NCBI GenBank assembly: GCA_963814585.1
Contig: CAWFDF010000013.1
Span: forward strand, 91,946-155,945
Length of the DNA: 64,000 nt
Reading direction: 5' to 3'
Source: an uncultured delta proteobacterium
Lineage (GTDB): Bacteria > Myxococcota > Myxococcia > Myxococcales > Anaeromyxobacteraceae
Shown piece by piece: positions 1 through 8,768 of this stretch. The notes under the pieces are model-generated. The model was given only the letters and a program-made list of their open reading frames with translations, had not been told where the DNA came from and made no database searches. Within the stretch, counting starts at the first letter, position 1. Each line of letters opens with the position of its first letter. Made by a program: the position numbers and the translations under genes.

Positions 1-1
1 G

Positions 2-235
2 GAGCAGCTCCCCATCCACTGCGGGTCGCTGACCCCGGCGGAGCTGGAGCGCTGCGAGGCCTACAGCGCCTACCGGTCGCTGCGCGAGCTGCTCCGGGAC
101 CCCGGGGCCGGGATCGGCCGGCTGGCGCAGGCCCGGGCCGACTACCGGGCCCACGCCCGCCCCGGCTACGATCTCCGGCTGGTGCCGCACCGGCTCCGCT
201 TCGCCTGGCGACGGCTCAGGGCGCCCGGGCGGTAG
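2..235 (+). CDS. 3' end of a gene running in from the left edge; unknown product, possibly glycan-related given its neighbours
   Basis: Open frame from base 2 (EQLPIHCGSLTPAELERCEAY...RLRAPGR) to TAG 233-235 with GC-rich third positions. Confidence 0.5.
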   Translation, partial: EQLPIHCGSLTPAELERCEAYSAYRSLRELLRDPGAGIGRLAQARADYRAHARPGYDLRLVPHRLRFAWRRLRAPGR

Positions 236-1043
236 GCGCGGCGGCCAGGGCCGCCGCCACGTGCGGCTCCCAGAACCCGAGGTGGCGCCCCTTGTACCAG
301 CCGTGCGCGGCCATGGGCAGGCGGCCGCCGGCCAGCTTGAAGAGCCGATCCGGGTTGATGTCCCAGGAGAAGCTCAGCGCCTCGGCGACCTGCGGCGTCC
401 GGTGGGCGTGACCCTTCTTGGCCGGCTCGATGCTCCAGAAGATGTCCTCGTGGAAGTGGTGCGTGCCCTGGTTGCGCAGGTAGTGCTCGATGGCGTCCCT
501 CATCTCCACGCTGAGCCGGTGGTGGGTCTCGACCCGGCGCAGCGAGAAGCCGCCGTTGCCGACCCGGTTGCGGGTCTCGTAGCGGTAGACCTTGTCCTGC
601 GTCCCCAGGAAGAGCTTGCTCAGCCCCATCTTGAGCTGGTGGATGCGTACGCTCACGTCGGTCTTGGAGACCCACGGCGCGCCCACGTAGTCGTAGCCAC
701 GCGCGACCCAGCTGGCCAGCTCGTCGCGGAAGACGAAGACGTCGAGCTGGCAGATCAGCAGGTAGGCGCTGCCGAGGAACCGCTCGTAGAAGCCGGTGGA
801 GAGGAGCAGCCGGTTGTATCCCTGGACGGACGTGAAGTACCCGGGGTCGAAGGCCTCCACCGCCTGGAAGGGGAAGCGCGCCTCGATGGCGGCGGTGTCG
901 AGCCCGGCCGGCTTCACCATCACCAGGTGGTGCGTCCCCAGCACCCGGAACGCGCTCTCCAGCGAGATGGTCTCGTTGGCGTCGAGGAAGCCCCGGTAGA
1001 CGGGCACCACGACGGAGAGCTGTTCGGCGGGGAGCCCGGGCAT
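216..1043 (-). CDS. DUF5672-family protein (glycosyltransferase-cluster associated)
   Basis: Motifs [38 protein letters not shown]. Confidence 0.75.
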   Translation of the reverse strand: MPGLPAEQLSVVVPVYRGFLDANETISLESAFRVLGTHHLVMVKPAGLDTAAIEARFPFQAVEAFDPGYFTSVQGYNRLLLSTGFYERFLGSAYLLICQLDVFVFRDELASWVARGYDYVGAPWVSKTDVSVRIHQLKMGLSKLFLGTQDKVYRYETRNRVGNGGFSLRRVETHHRLSVEMRDAIEHYLRNQGTHHFHEDIFWSIEPAKKGHAHRTPQVAEALSFSWDINPDRLFKLAGGRLPMAAHGWYKGRHLGFWEPHVAAALAAAPTARAP

Positions 1044-1113
1044 GCCGTCCACAACCTACCCAATGCCGGCGTTTGCCGCCAACCGGCCCGCCATTCTGCT
1101 ACAAGAGGCGGCC

Positions 1114-2001
1114 ATGACCTCCACGCGCAAGGGCATCATCCTCGCCGGCGGCGCGGGCACCCGGCTCTACCCCGCGACCCTGGCCGTCTCGAAGCAGCTC
1201 CTGCCGGTCTTCGACAAGCCCATGATCTACTACCCGCTCACCGCGCTCATGCTGGCGGGGATCCGCGAGGTGCTGATCATCTCGACGCCCCAGGACACCC
1301 CCCGCTTCGAGGCCCTGCTGGGCGACGGCAGCGCCTGGGGGATGCGCTTCGAGTACACCGTCCAGCCCAGCCCCGACGGCCTGGCCCAGGCCTTCATCCT
1401 CGGCGCCGGCTTCGTGAAGGGTGGGCCGTCGGCGCTGGTGCTGGGCGACAACATCTACTACGGGCACGAGTTCCAGCAGATCCTCAAGGCCGCCGATGCG
1501 CGCCGCCAGGGGGCCACCGTCTTCGCCTATGCCGTGCACGACCCGGAGCGGTACGGCGTGGTGGAGTTCGACGCCGGCAGGAAGGTGCTCTCCATCGAGG
1601 AGAAGCCCGCCAGGCCGCGGTCGCGCTACGCGGTCACCGGCCTCTACTTCTACGACGAGGCGGTGGTGGAGCTGGCCCGGCAGGTGAAGCCCTCGGCCCG
1701 CGGCGAGCTGGAGATCACCGACCTCAACCGGCTCTACCTGGAGCGGAAGCAGCTCACCGTGGAGATCATGGGGCGCGGCTATGCCTGGCTCGACACCGGC
1801 ACGCACGAGTCGCTCCTCGAGGCCGGGCAGTTCGTGGCCACCATCGAGAAGCGGCAGGGGCTCAAGATCGCCTGCCCCGAGGAGGTGGCCTGGCGGCAGG
1901 GCTGGATCGACGACGCCGCGCTGGAGCGCTGCGCCGCTTCGCTGGGCAAGTCGACCTACGGCCACTACGTCCGCGGCCTGCTCGAGTCCCGGGTCTTCTG
2001 A
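1114..2001 (+). CDS. rfbA: Glucose-1-phosphate thymidylyltransferase
   Basis: [58 protein letters not shown] before ATG 1114. Confidence 0.97.
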   Translation: MTSTRKGIILAGGAGTRLYPATLAVSKQLLPVFDKPMIYYPLTALMLAGIREVLIISTPQDTPRFEALLGDGSAWGMRFEYTVQPSPDGLAQAFILGAGFVKGGPSALVLGDNIYYGHEFQQILKAADARRQGATVFAYAVHDPERYGVVEFDAGRKVLSIEEKPARPRSRYAVTGLYFYDEAVVELARQVKPSARGELEITDLNRLYLERKQLTVEIMGRGYAWLDTGTHESLLEAGQFVATIEKRQGLKIACPEEVAWRQGWIDDAALERCAASLGKSTYGHYVRGLLESRVF

Positions 2002-2564
2002 TGAAGGCGCACCCCACCGCCCTGCCCGGCGTCTTCGTGGTGGAGCCGGCCGTCTTCGGCGACGAACGCGGCTACTTCTACGAGAGCTACAACCAGCGGA
2101 AGCTGGAGGCGGCCCTGGGCCGGCCGCTCCACTTCGTACAGGACAACCACAGCCGCTCGGCGCGCGGGGTGCTGCGCGGCCTCCACTACCAGCTGCCCAG
2201 GCCGCAGGGGAAGCTGGTGCGGGTGGTCCACGGCCAGGTCTTCGACGTGGCGGTCGACCTGCGGGCCGGCTCGGCGACGCGCGGCCGCTGGCTGGGCGAG
2301 GTGCTCTCCGCCGAGAACCGGCGGCAGCTCTGGATCCCGGAGGGCTTCGCGCACGGCTTCCTCGTCCTCTCCGAGGAGGCCGAGTTCCTCTACAAGACCA
2401 CCGACTACTACGCCCCCGAGCACGAGCGCTGCATCCGCTGGGACGATCCCGCCCTGGGCATCTCCTGGCCCTCGGTCGGGTCCTCTCCGCGGGTCTCTGC
2501 CAAGGACGCCCGTGGGCTGCTCCTGGCCGAGGCGCCCATGTTCGACGAGTTCGTCTCCACATGA
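2001..2564 (+). CDS. rfbC: dTDP-4-dehydrorhamnose 3,5-epimerase
   Basis: FGDERGYFYESYN, QDNHSRS, GVLRGLHYQ, WIPEGFAHGF; TGATG overlap with rfbA. Confidence 0.96.
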   Translation: MKAHPTALPGVFVVEPAVFGDERGYFYESYNQRKLEAALGRPLHFVQDNHSRSARGVLRGLHYQLPRPQGKLVRVVHGQVFDVAVDLRAGSATRGRWLGEVLSAENRRQLWIPEGFAHGFLVLSEEAEFLYKTTDYYAPEHERCIRWDDPALGISWPSVGSSPRVSAKDARGLLLAEAPMFDEFVST

Positions 2565-3208
2565 GGGTCGTGATCTGGGGCGCTTCGGGGCACGCCCGGG
2601 TCGTCGCCGACGCCCTGGCGCTGGGCGGCGCCCACCAGCTGGTCGGCTTCCTCGACGACGTCAACCCGGAGCGGAGGGGTTCCACCTTCTGCGACCTGCC
2701 GGTGCTCGGCGGCCGGGAGGCGCTTCCCCCGCTCCGCTCCTCCGGCGTCGAAGGCCTGATCCTCGGCTTCGGGAACTGCGCGGCCCGGCTCAGGCTGGCG
2801 CCCGAGGTGCGGCGGCTCGGCTTCCAGCTGGTCACCGCCATCCACCCCGGCGCCGTGGTGGCCCGTGACGCGATCATCGGGCCGGGCACCGTGGTGGCCG
2901 CGGGCGCCGTGATCAACCCGGCCGCCCGCATCGGGGAGAACGTCATCGTCAACACCTCGGCCTCCGTGGACCACGACGCCGTCGTGGAGGACGGGGTCCA
3001 CCTCTGCCCCGGCGCCCGGCTGGGCGGCCTGGTCCACGTCGAGGCCGGCGCCTGGGTCGGCATCGGCTCGACCATCGTCGACCGGGTGCGGATCGGCGCG
3101 CGCTCCATGCTGGGCGCGGGCTCGGTGGTGGTGGCCGACATCCCCCCCGACGTCCTCGCCTACGGCGTGCCGGCCCGGGTCGTCAAGGAGATCACCCACC
3201 ATGGCTGA
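2561..3208 (+). CDS. Sugar N/O-acetyltransferase, PglD/NeuD hexapeptide-repeat family
   Basis: VIWGASGHARVV N-terminus, hexapeptide repeats, VDHD, AYGVPARV; ATGA overlap. Confidence 0.88.
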   Translation: MRVVIWGASGHARVVADALALGGAHQLVGFLDDVNPERRGSTFCDLPVLGGREALPPLRSSGVEGLILGFGNCAARLRLAPEVRRLGFQLVTAIHPGAVVARDAIIGPGTVVAAGAVINPAARIGENVIVNTSASVDHDAVVEDGVHLCPGARLGGLVHVEAGAWVGIGSTIVDRVRIGARSMLGAGSVVVADIPPDVLAYGVPARVVKEITHHG

Positions 3209-4406
3209 GAAGCAGCGGCTCGAGGACCTGGCGCTGTTCGGCGGGACCCCGGCCTTCGCCAGCGGCCTCTTCGTGGGGCGGCCCAACATCGGCGACCGGG
3301 CCGTGCTCCATGCCCGCCTGGACGACATCCTCGACCGTCGCTGGCTGACCAACAACGGCCGCTACGTCCAGGAGCTGGAGCAGCGACTGGCGGCCCGCCT
3401 CGGCGTCAAGCACTGCATCGCCATGTGCAACGGGACGGTGGCGCTGGAGATCGCCATCCGTGCGCTGGACCTGGCCGGCGAGGTCATCCTCCCCTCCTTC
3501 ACCTTCGTGGCCACCGCCCACGCCCTGCAGTGGCAGCAGATCACCCCGGTCTTCTGCGACATCGATCCGGCCACGCACAACATCGATCCCCGGCGCGTCG
3601 AGGCGCTGATCACCCCCCGCACCACCGCGATCATCGGCGTCCATCTCTGGGGACGGCCCTGCCCGATCGAGGCGCTCGAGGAGATCGCCCGCCGGCGCGG
3701 CCTGAAGCTGCTCTTCGACGCGGCCCACGCCTTCGGCTGCAGCGCCGGCGGCCGCAGCATCGGCGGCTTCGGGCACGCCGAGGTGTTCAGCTTCCACGCC
3801 ACCAAGTTCTTCAACACCTTCGAGGGCGGGGCGGTCGCCACCGACGACGACGAGCTGGCCGCGCGCGTCCGGCTCATGAAGAACTTCGGCTTCGCCGGCT
3901 TCGACAACGTGATCCACGTGGGCACCAACGGCAAGATGTCCGAGGTGTCGGCGGCCATGGGCCTGACCTCGCTCGAGGCCATGGACGGGTTCATCGCGCG
4001 GAACAAGGAGAACCACGCCCGCTACAGCGCCGCGCTGTCGGGCCTCCCCGGCCTGCGGATGGTGGACTACGACGCCACCGGATCGTCCAACTACCAGTAC
4101 GTGGCGCTGGAGCTGGACGAGGCACGCACCGGGATTGGCCGGGATCTGGTGATGAAGGCCCTCCAGGCCGAGAACGTCATCGCCCGCCGCTACTTCTACC
4201 CGGGCTGTCACCGCATGGAGCCCTACCGCTCGTTCTTCCCCAACGCCGGCCTGCTCCTCCCCGAGACCGAGGCCCTCTGCGGGCGGATCCTCTCCCTGCC
4301 GACCGGGACCGCGGTGGGCGAGGCGGAGATCGACGCCGTGACGCGTCTCCTCCGGTTCGTCCTCGACCACGCCGGCGCCATCACGCGTCGGGACGCCACC
4401 CGGTGA
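3201..4406 (+). CDS. DegT/DnrJ/EryC1 PLP aminotransferase (DesI/VioA-like dTDP-4-keto-6-deoxyglucose aminotransferase)
   Basis: WLTNNG, CNGTVAL, PSFTFVATAH, FDAAHAFG, SFHATK (PLP lysine), GTNGKMSE. Confidence 0.9.
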   Translation: MAEKQRLEDLALFGGTPAFASGLFVGRPNIGDRAVLHARLDDILDRRWLTNNGRYVQELEQRLAARLGVKHCIAMCNGTVALEIAIRALDLAGEVILPSFTFVATAHALQWQQITPVFCDIDPATHNIDPRRVEALITPRTTAIIGVHLWGRPCPIEALEEIARRRGLKLLFDAAHAFGCSAGGRSIGGFGHAEVFSFHATKFFNTFEGGAVATDDDELAARVRLMKNFGFAGFDNVIHVGTNGKMSEVSAAMGLTSLEAMDGFIARNKENHARYSAALSGLPGLRMVDYDATGSSNYQYVALELDEARTGIGRDLVMKALQAENVIARRYFYPGCHRMEPYRSFFPNAGLLLPETEALCGRILSLPTGTAVGEAEIDAVTRLLRFVLDHAGAITRRDATR

Positions 4407-4437
4407 CGAGCCGGCCCGGCTCCGGCCCGGGCCCCGC

Positions 4438-5490
4438 TCAGCTCGGCCAGGCCGCCAGGTAGAAGCGCCGGAGGTTCTCCAGGTACTCCGAGCGCCGGTA
4501 GTCGGCGGCCAGGGTGTCGAACTGCCTGGCCTGGGCGGTCGCGTAGGCCCCCGGATCGCGGAGCCGCCGCACGTCCTCGGGAAGGCGGCGCACCAGCTCG
4601 TCCCAGCCAGGGTAGACGCAGGGCAGCTCACGGTACCTGGGCGTGAAGAAGCGGTCGTTGTAGACGGCGCAGCCGATCCCCCCGCTGAAGACCGGCTCGA
4701 TGAAGTAGCCGTCCAGCCCCTCGCCGAAGGTGAGCGAGTACCGCGCCCGCCCGGCCAGGTCCCGGTAGTCCTGGTAGGCCAGGTCGCGGACCACCTGCTG
4801 GCGGTACTCCGGGAGCCGGCGGGCCAGCTCGGCGAGGACCTCGTCCCGCCGCGGGTGCGGGTCGGGCGAGACCAGGAAGAGGTCCTCCTTGGCCGCCTCG
4901 GGCCGCCGCAGGAAGCGCTCCGGGCAGACCCAGACCGAGAGGTGATGGACCGGGCAGCCGTAGCGCCGCGAGGTCTCGGGGCTGGAGTAGGCCTTGTGCG
5001 CGGTGGTGATGGTCACCGGACCGAGCCGGCGGAGCAGCACCACGTCGTCCGGTCGCGGCGCCAGGTCGATGTTCTGGAGCAGGATGTTGAACCGGAGCGG
5101 GAACCGGCACGCCCCGGTGCCGCGGAGGGCGCGGACCGCGCCCCTCACCCAGATCTCCGGGAGGTGGAGGAAGAGCTCGGTGCCGGGGGCCAGCTGCCGC
5201 AGCAGCAGCCGGAAGTCCACCAGGGTGTGCGGGTTGTCGAACCGCGTGAAGCGGGCCAGCGGGGGCCCGTTGGGGAGCGGGCACAGGTAGACCTCGGCGC
5301 CGTGCAGCGACGACAGCGCCTGGCTCTCCTCCGCCAGGGAGGAGATCGACAGCACCCCGCCGTTCACCTCGTCCTTGCCCGGGATCAGGAAGACCATGAC
5401 GCGGCGGCCGGGCGGCCGCCCACGCAGCGCCTCGAGCTGGGCCGGGGCGAGGCGACGCCGCTCCAGCGCATGGCGAACTCGTCGAATCAC
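4438..5490 (-). CDS. Hypothetical protein, possibly GT-B-fold glycosyltransferase-like
   Basis: 350-aa ORF, GGAGGAG RBS before GTG, host-like codon usage; VFLIPG...GG and FGEGLDGYFIE segments. Confidence 0.6.
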   Translation of the reverse strand: MIRRVRHALERRRLAPAQLEALRGRPPGRRVMVFLIPGKDEVNGGVLSISSLAEESQALSSLHGAEVYLCPLPNGPPLARFTRFDNPHTLVDFRLLLRQLAPGTELFLHLPEIWVRGAVRALRGTGACRFPLRFNILLQNIDLAPRPDDVVLLRRLGPVTITTAHKAYSSPETSRRYGCPVHHLSVWVCPERFLRRPEAAKEDLFLVSPDPHPRRDEVLAELARRLPEYRQQVVRDLAYQDYRDLAGRARYSLTFGEGLDGYFIEPVFSGGIGCAVYNDRFFTPRYRELPCVYPGWDELVRRLPEDVRRLRDPGAYATAQARQFDTLAADYRRSEYLENLRRFYLAAWPS

Positions 5491-5579
5491 CCCGGCTCCT
5501 CCCGTCCATCCACCTTGATGCCGCCCTTGGACTCCGCGACGGGGCCGGACCCCGCGCCCGCGACCGCCTGGCCGGCTGG

Positions 5580-5762
5580 CTAGTGCCGCGCCCCAGGCAA
5601 GATGCCTACTGCGAGAGCCGATCCTCTCGCTGCGGCAGGCGGCCTCGTCGGTCCGCTGCTCAGCGTAGCGCTGCTACGCTTCCGCTGCTCCCTCCTCGGG
5701 CGCCAGCCTCGCTTCGGTCTCGGCTCTCTCGTCACGTCATCTTGCCTGGGGCGCGGCACTAG
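5580..5762. mobile_element. MITE-like non-autonomous element with 25-bp perfect terminal inverted repeats ending in CTAG
   Basis: CTAGTGCCGCGCCCCAGGCAAGATG (5580-5604) and CATCTTGCCTGGGGCGCGGCACTAG (5738-5762); central palindrome AGCGTAGC-gct-GCTACGCT (5662-5680); no transposase. Confidence 0.8.
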
Positions 5763-6178
5763 TGCACCGCGCCGCCCGGGACGCCGCGACCCAGGACCTC
5801 GCGCATCCGGCCGGTCAGCCCGGGCATGTCGATGGGCTTGGAGAAGTAGGCCACCGCCCCGGCCTCCAGCCCGGTCCGCTCGTCCTCCGGGCTCTTGCGC
5901 GCCGAGATGAAGATGACCGGGATGTCGGCAAAGGTCGGGTTGCGCTTGATGGCCCGGCAGAGCTCGAAGCCGTCGATCCAGCTCATCATCACGTCGAGCA
6001 GGATCACGTCGGGGCGATCGACGTGCATGGCGGAGATGAGCCGCAGCCCGTTGGCCGCCTGGCCGACCTCGAACCCCTCCAGCTCCAGCGCCAGCGTCAG
6101 CATCTCGCGCGTGTCGCGATCGTCGTCGACGATGATGACACGCGGACGGGCGACGGTCGGGCTGGCGGCGGGCTTCAC
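5759..6178 (-). CDS. Single-domain response regulator
   Basis: IIVDDD, LLDVMM (phospho-Asp), ISAR, FSKP; GTG start overlaps the xseB stop. Confidence 0.9.
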   Translation of the reverse strand: MKPAASPTVARPRVIIVDDDRDTREMLTLALELEGFEVGQAANGLRLISAMHVDRPDVILLDVMMSWIDGFELCRAIKRNPTFADIPVIFISARKSPEDERTGLEAGAVAYFSKPIDMPGLTGRMREVLGRGVPGGAVH

Positions 6179-6435
6179 GGAGGATCCCGCTCCAGCGGCG
6201 CGACGGTCTCCACGCCGGCCGCGTCCTTCACCAGCTGCTCGACCCGCCGCTCGGCCTCGTCGAGCTTCTGGCCGGCCTCGCGGGCCAGCCTGACGCCCTC
6301 GGCGAAGCGCTCCACCGACTGCTCCAGCGAGAGGTCGCCGGCCTCGAGCGCCTCCACCACCTTCTCGAGGCGCCCCACCAGCCCGTCGTAGGACGCCTCG
6401 GCCACCTGCCCGGGCTTGTCGCTGGTCTTCGCCAC
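6175..6435 (-). CDS. xseB: Exodeoxyribonuclease VII small subunit
   Basis: RLEKVVEALEAGDLSLEQSVERFAEGVRL...LDEAERRVEQL; downstream of xseA. Confidence 0.93.
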   Translation of the reverse strand: MAKTSDKPGQVAEASYDGLVGRLEKVVEALEAGDLSLEQSVERFAEGVRLAREAGQKLDEAERRVEQLVKDAAGVETVAPLERDPP

Positions 6436-6480
6436 CGTCTCCTCCGCTCTGCACTGACTTAGCCTCGCCGTCCCGACCGG

Positions 6481-7917
6481 TCAACCCGCGCTCCCGCCGG
6501 CACCACCCCGCCCCCGGCCCGGCACCGGATCGTCGCCGGCGTCCAGCGCCGTCACCTGGGCGTCGCACCAGCCCTCGCCCAGCGCCACGCGCAGCCCCTG
6601 GCCGGTCCGGAGCACCGCGCTTCGCGTCACCAGCCGGCCATCCCGGAGCGCCAGGGCGAAGCCGCGCTGCAGGAGCCGGGCCACGTTGGCCGGCTCCAGC
6701 CGGGCCGCGAGTCCGGCGAGACGCAGCGCCTCCCGGCGGAAAGTGATCGCTTGCCACCCGTCGAGCCGCCGCCGCGCCGCCTCCACCCGCCCACGAAGCT
6801 GGCGCAGCCGGGCGCTGGGCTCGTGCCGCGACAGGCGGGAGCGCAGCGGCTCGAGCCTGGCCCGCCCGGCCTCGGCCGGCCGGAGCGCCCCCGCCTCGGC
6901 CCGCCGCAGCAGATCCTCCAGCCGGTGGCGCTGTGCCGAGAGCAGGTGCGTCGGGTCGCCCAGCTCGGCCACCAGGGCTCGCAGATCGCGCCGGCGCCCG
7001 TCGACGGCGGAGGCCACGGCCCGCCGCAGCCGGCCCCGCAGCCCGGCCAGCACCGCCAGCAGGTCGTCACGCACCGGGGCCACCAGCTGGGCCGCGTGCG
7101 TCGGCGTGGCGGCGCGGGCGTCGGCCACCAGGTCCGCCACCGTCACGTCGATCTCGTGCCCCACCGCCGAGACCACCGGCACCGGCGAGGCGGCGATGGT
7201 CCGGGCCAGCAGCTCGTCGTTGAAGGTCCAGAGATCCTCGCGCGAGCCGCCGCCGCGGGTCACCACGATCACGTCGACGCCCTGGCGCGCCAGGGCCTGG
7301 ATCGCCGCCGCCACCGTCGCCGCCGCCCCCTCCCCCTGCACCCGGCACGGCGACACCAGCACCGGCAGCCCCGGGAAGCGGGTGTGGAGCACGCGCAGGA
7401 AGTCGGCCAGGGCCGCGGTGGTGGTGCTGGTGGCCACGCCGACGCGGCGCGGCAGGAACGGCAGCGGGCGCTTGCGGGACTCGGCGAAGAGCCCCTCCGC
7501 CGCCAGCCGGGCCTTCAGCTGCTCGAGCTGCAGCGCCTGCGCCCCGGCCCCGTGCGGCTCCACCTCGCTGGCCACCAGCTGGTACTTGCCGTGGGGCGGG
7601 TAGATCTCCACGCGCCCGCGGACCACCAGCTCCAGACCCTCCTCCAGCTCGAAGCGCAGCCGCCGGGCCTGGGACGCCCAGAGCACGCAGGGGATCGTGG
7701 CGCCCTCGTCCTTGAGCGTGAAGTAGACGTGGCCGCTCGCCTGCACGCGAAGGTTGGCCGCCTCGCCGCGGACGTGGACGTCGTTGAAGCGCGGCTCCAC
7801 GGCCGACTTGAGCGCCTGGGTGAGCTGGAGCACGGTGAGCGGCGCGGCGGGACCGGACGGGCTCCGGGCCGCGAACAGGTCGCCGGTCTCCGGGGGGCGG
7901 CGCGGCGGACGGCTCAC
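6481..7917 (-). CDS. xseA: Exodeoxyribonuclease VII large subunit
   Basis: SGHVYFTLKD, RGGGSREDLWTFNDE, SAVGHEID, RAATPTHAA. Confidence 0.95.
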   Translation of the reverse strand: MSRPPRRPPETGDLFAARSPSGPAAPLTVLQLTQALKSAVEPRFNDVHVRGEAANLRVQASGHVYFTLKDEGATIPCVLWASQARRLRFELEEGLELVVRGRVEIYPPHGKYQLVASEVEPHGAGAQALQLEQLKARLAAEGLFAESRKRPLPFLPRRVGVATSTTTAALADFLRVLHTRFPGLPVLVSPCRVQGEGAAATVAAAIQALARQGVDVIVVTRGGGSREDLWTFNDELLARTIAASPVPVVSAVGHEIDVTVADLVADARAATPTHAAQLVAPVRDDLLAVLAGLRGRLRRAVASAVDGRRRDLRALVAELGDPTHLLSAQRHRLEDLLRRAEAGALRPAEAGRARLEPLRSRLSRHEPSARLRQLRGRVEAARRRLDGWQAITFRREALRLAGLAARLEPANVARLLQRGFALALRDGRLVTRSAVLRTGQGLRVALGEGWCDAQVTALDAGDDPVPGRGRGGAGGSAG

Positions 7918-8687
7918 CGGGCCCTTCCCCGCCCCGGCTGGCGCAGGGAGAGCAGCCGCGACAGCAGCTCGTCCACCTGGCCCTGGGAGGCCAGCCGCCA
8001 CGGCGCCAGCGATTGGCCCGGCCCGACGTGCACGCCCAGCACCAGCGGCGGCCCCACCGCGAAGGCGTCCTCGTCGGTCACGTCGTCGCCGAGGTAGAGA
8101 GCGGCGCCGAGCTTCAGCCTGGCCAGCAGGGTGCGGATGGCGTCGCCCTTGTTGGGGAACTGGCGGGGGATGACGTTGAGCACCCTCTTGCCGGCCACCA
8201 GCCGCGTCCCGGCCAGCTGGTTGGCGGCGGCGTAGGCGGCCTGCTCGGAACGCCGCCACGCCCGCGCCAGCCCGTAGTGGACGGCCAGCGTCGACCGCTT
8301 GTCCTCGAAGTAGATCCCCGGCAGCCCCTCCAGCGCCGCCTCCAGCTGCCGCCGCCATCCCCGCACCTGGCGCAGCACCGCCGCCGGCACCGGCCGGGCG
8401 TGGAGGAGCTCGAAGCCGTGGTTCCCCACCACGTAGGGGGCCACGCCCTCGGTCAGCCGATGGGTGTGCGTCCAGCTCCGGCCCGAGACCGCCGCCACCG
8501 GGTAGACGCGCGCCAGCCGGGCCAGCAGGTCACGGGTGGTCCGGCGCATGCCGGCGCCCCCCGGGTCACGCACCAGCGGGGCCAGCACGCCGTCGTAGTC
8601 GAAGGCCAGCAGGACGGGGTTGGGCGCCTCGACGCCGGCGAAGCGCTCGAGGATGCCGCGGTGGGAGGGGTGGAGGATGTCCCGCAT
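7914..8687 (-). CDS. otsB: Trehalose-6-phosphate phosphatase (HAD family)
   Basis: LAFDYDGVLAP, VSGR, GNHG, NKGDA, YLGDDVTDEDAF. Confidence 0.9.
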   Translation of the reverse strand: MRDILHPSHRGILERFAGVEAPNPVLLAFDYDGVLAPLVRDPGGAGMRRTTRDLLARLARVYPVAAVSGRSWTHTHRLTEGVAPYVVGNHGFELLHARPVPAAVLRQVRGWRRQLEAALEGLPGIYFEDKRSTLAVHYGLARAWRRSEQAAYAAANQLAGTRLVAGKRVLNVIPRQFPNKGDAIRTLLARLKLGAALYLGDDVTDEDAFAVGPPLVLGVHVGPGQSLAPWRLASQGQVDELLSRLLSLRQPGRGRAR

Positions 8688-8768
8688 GGACGACCGGATG
8701 CCGGATGATAGCACCCGGCCGGCGCAGGGATCGCGTGTGTTCCACCCATCCGGGCGTAGAATGGCGGC

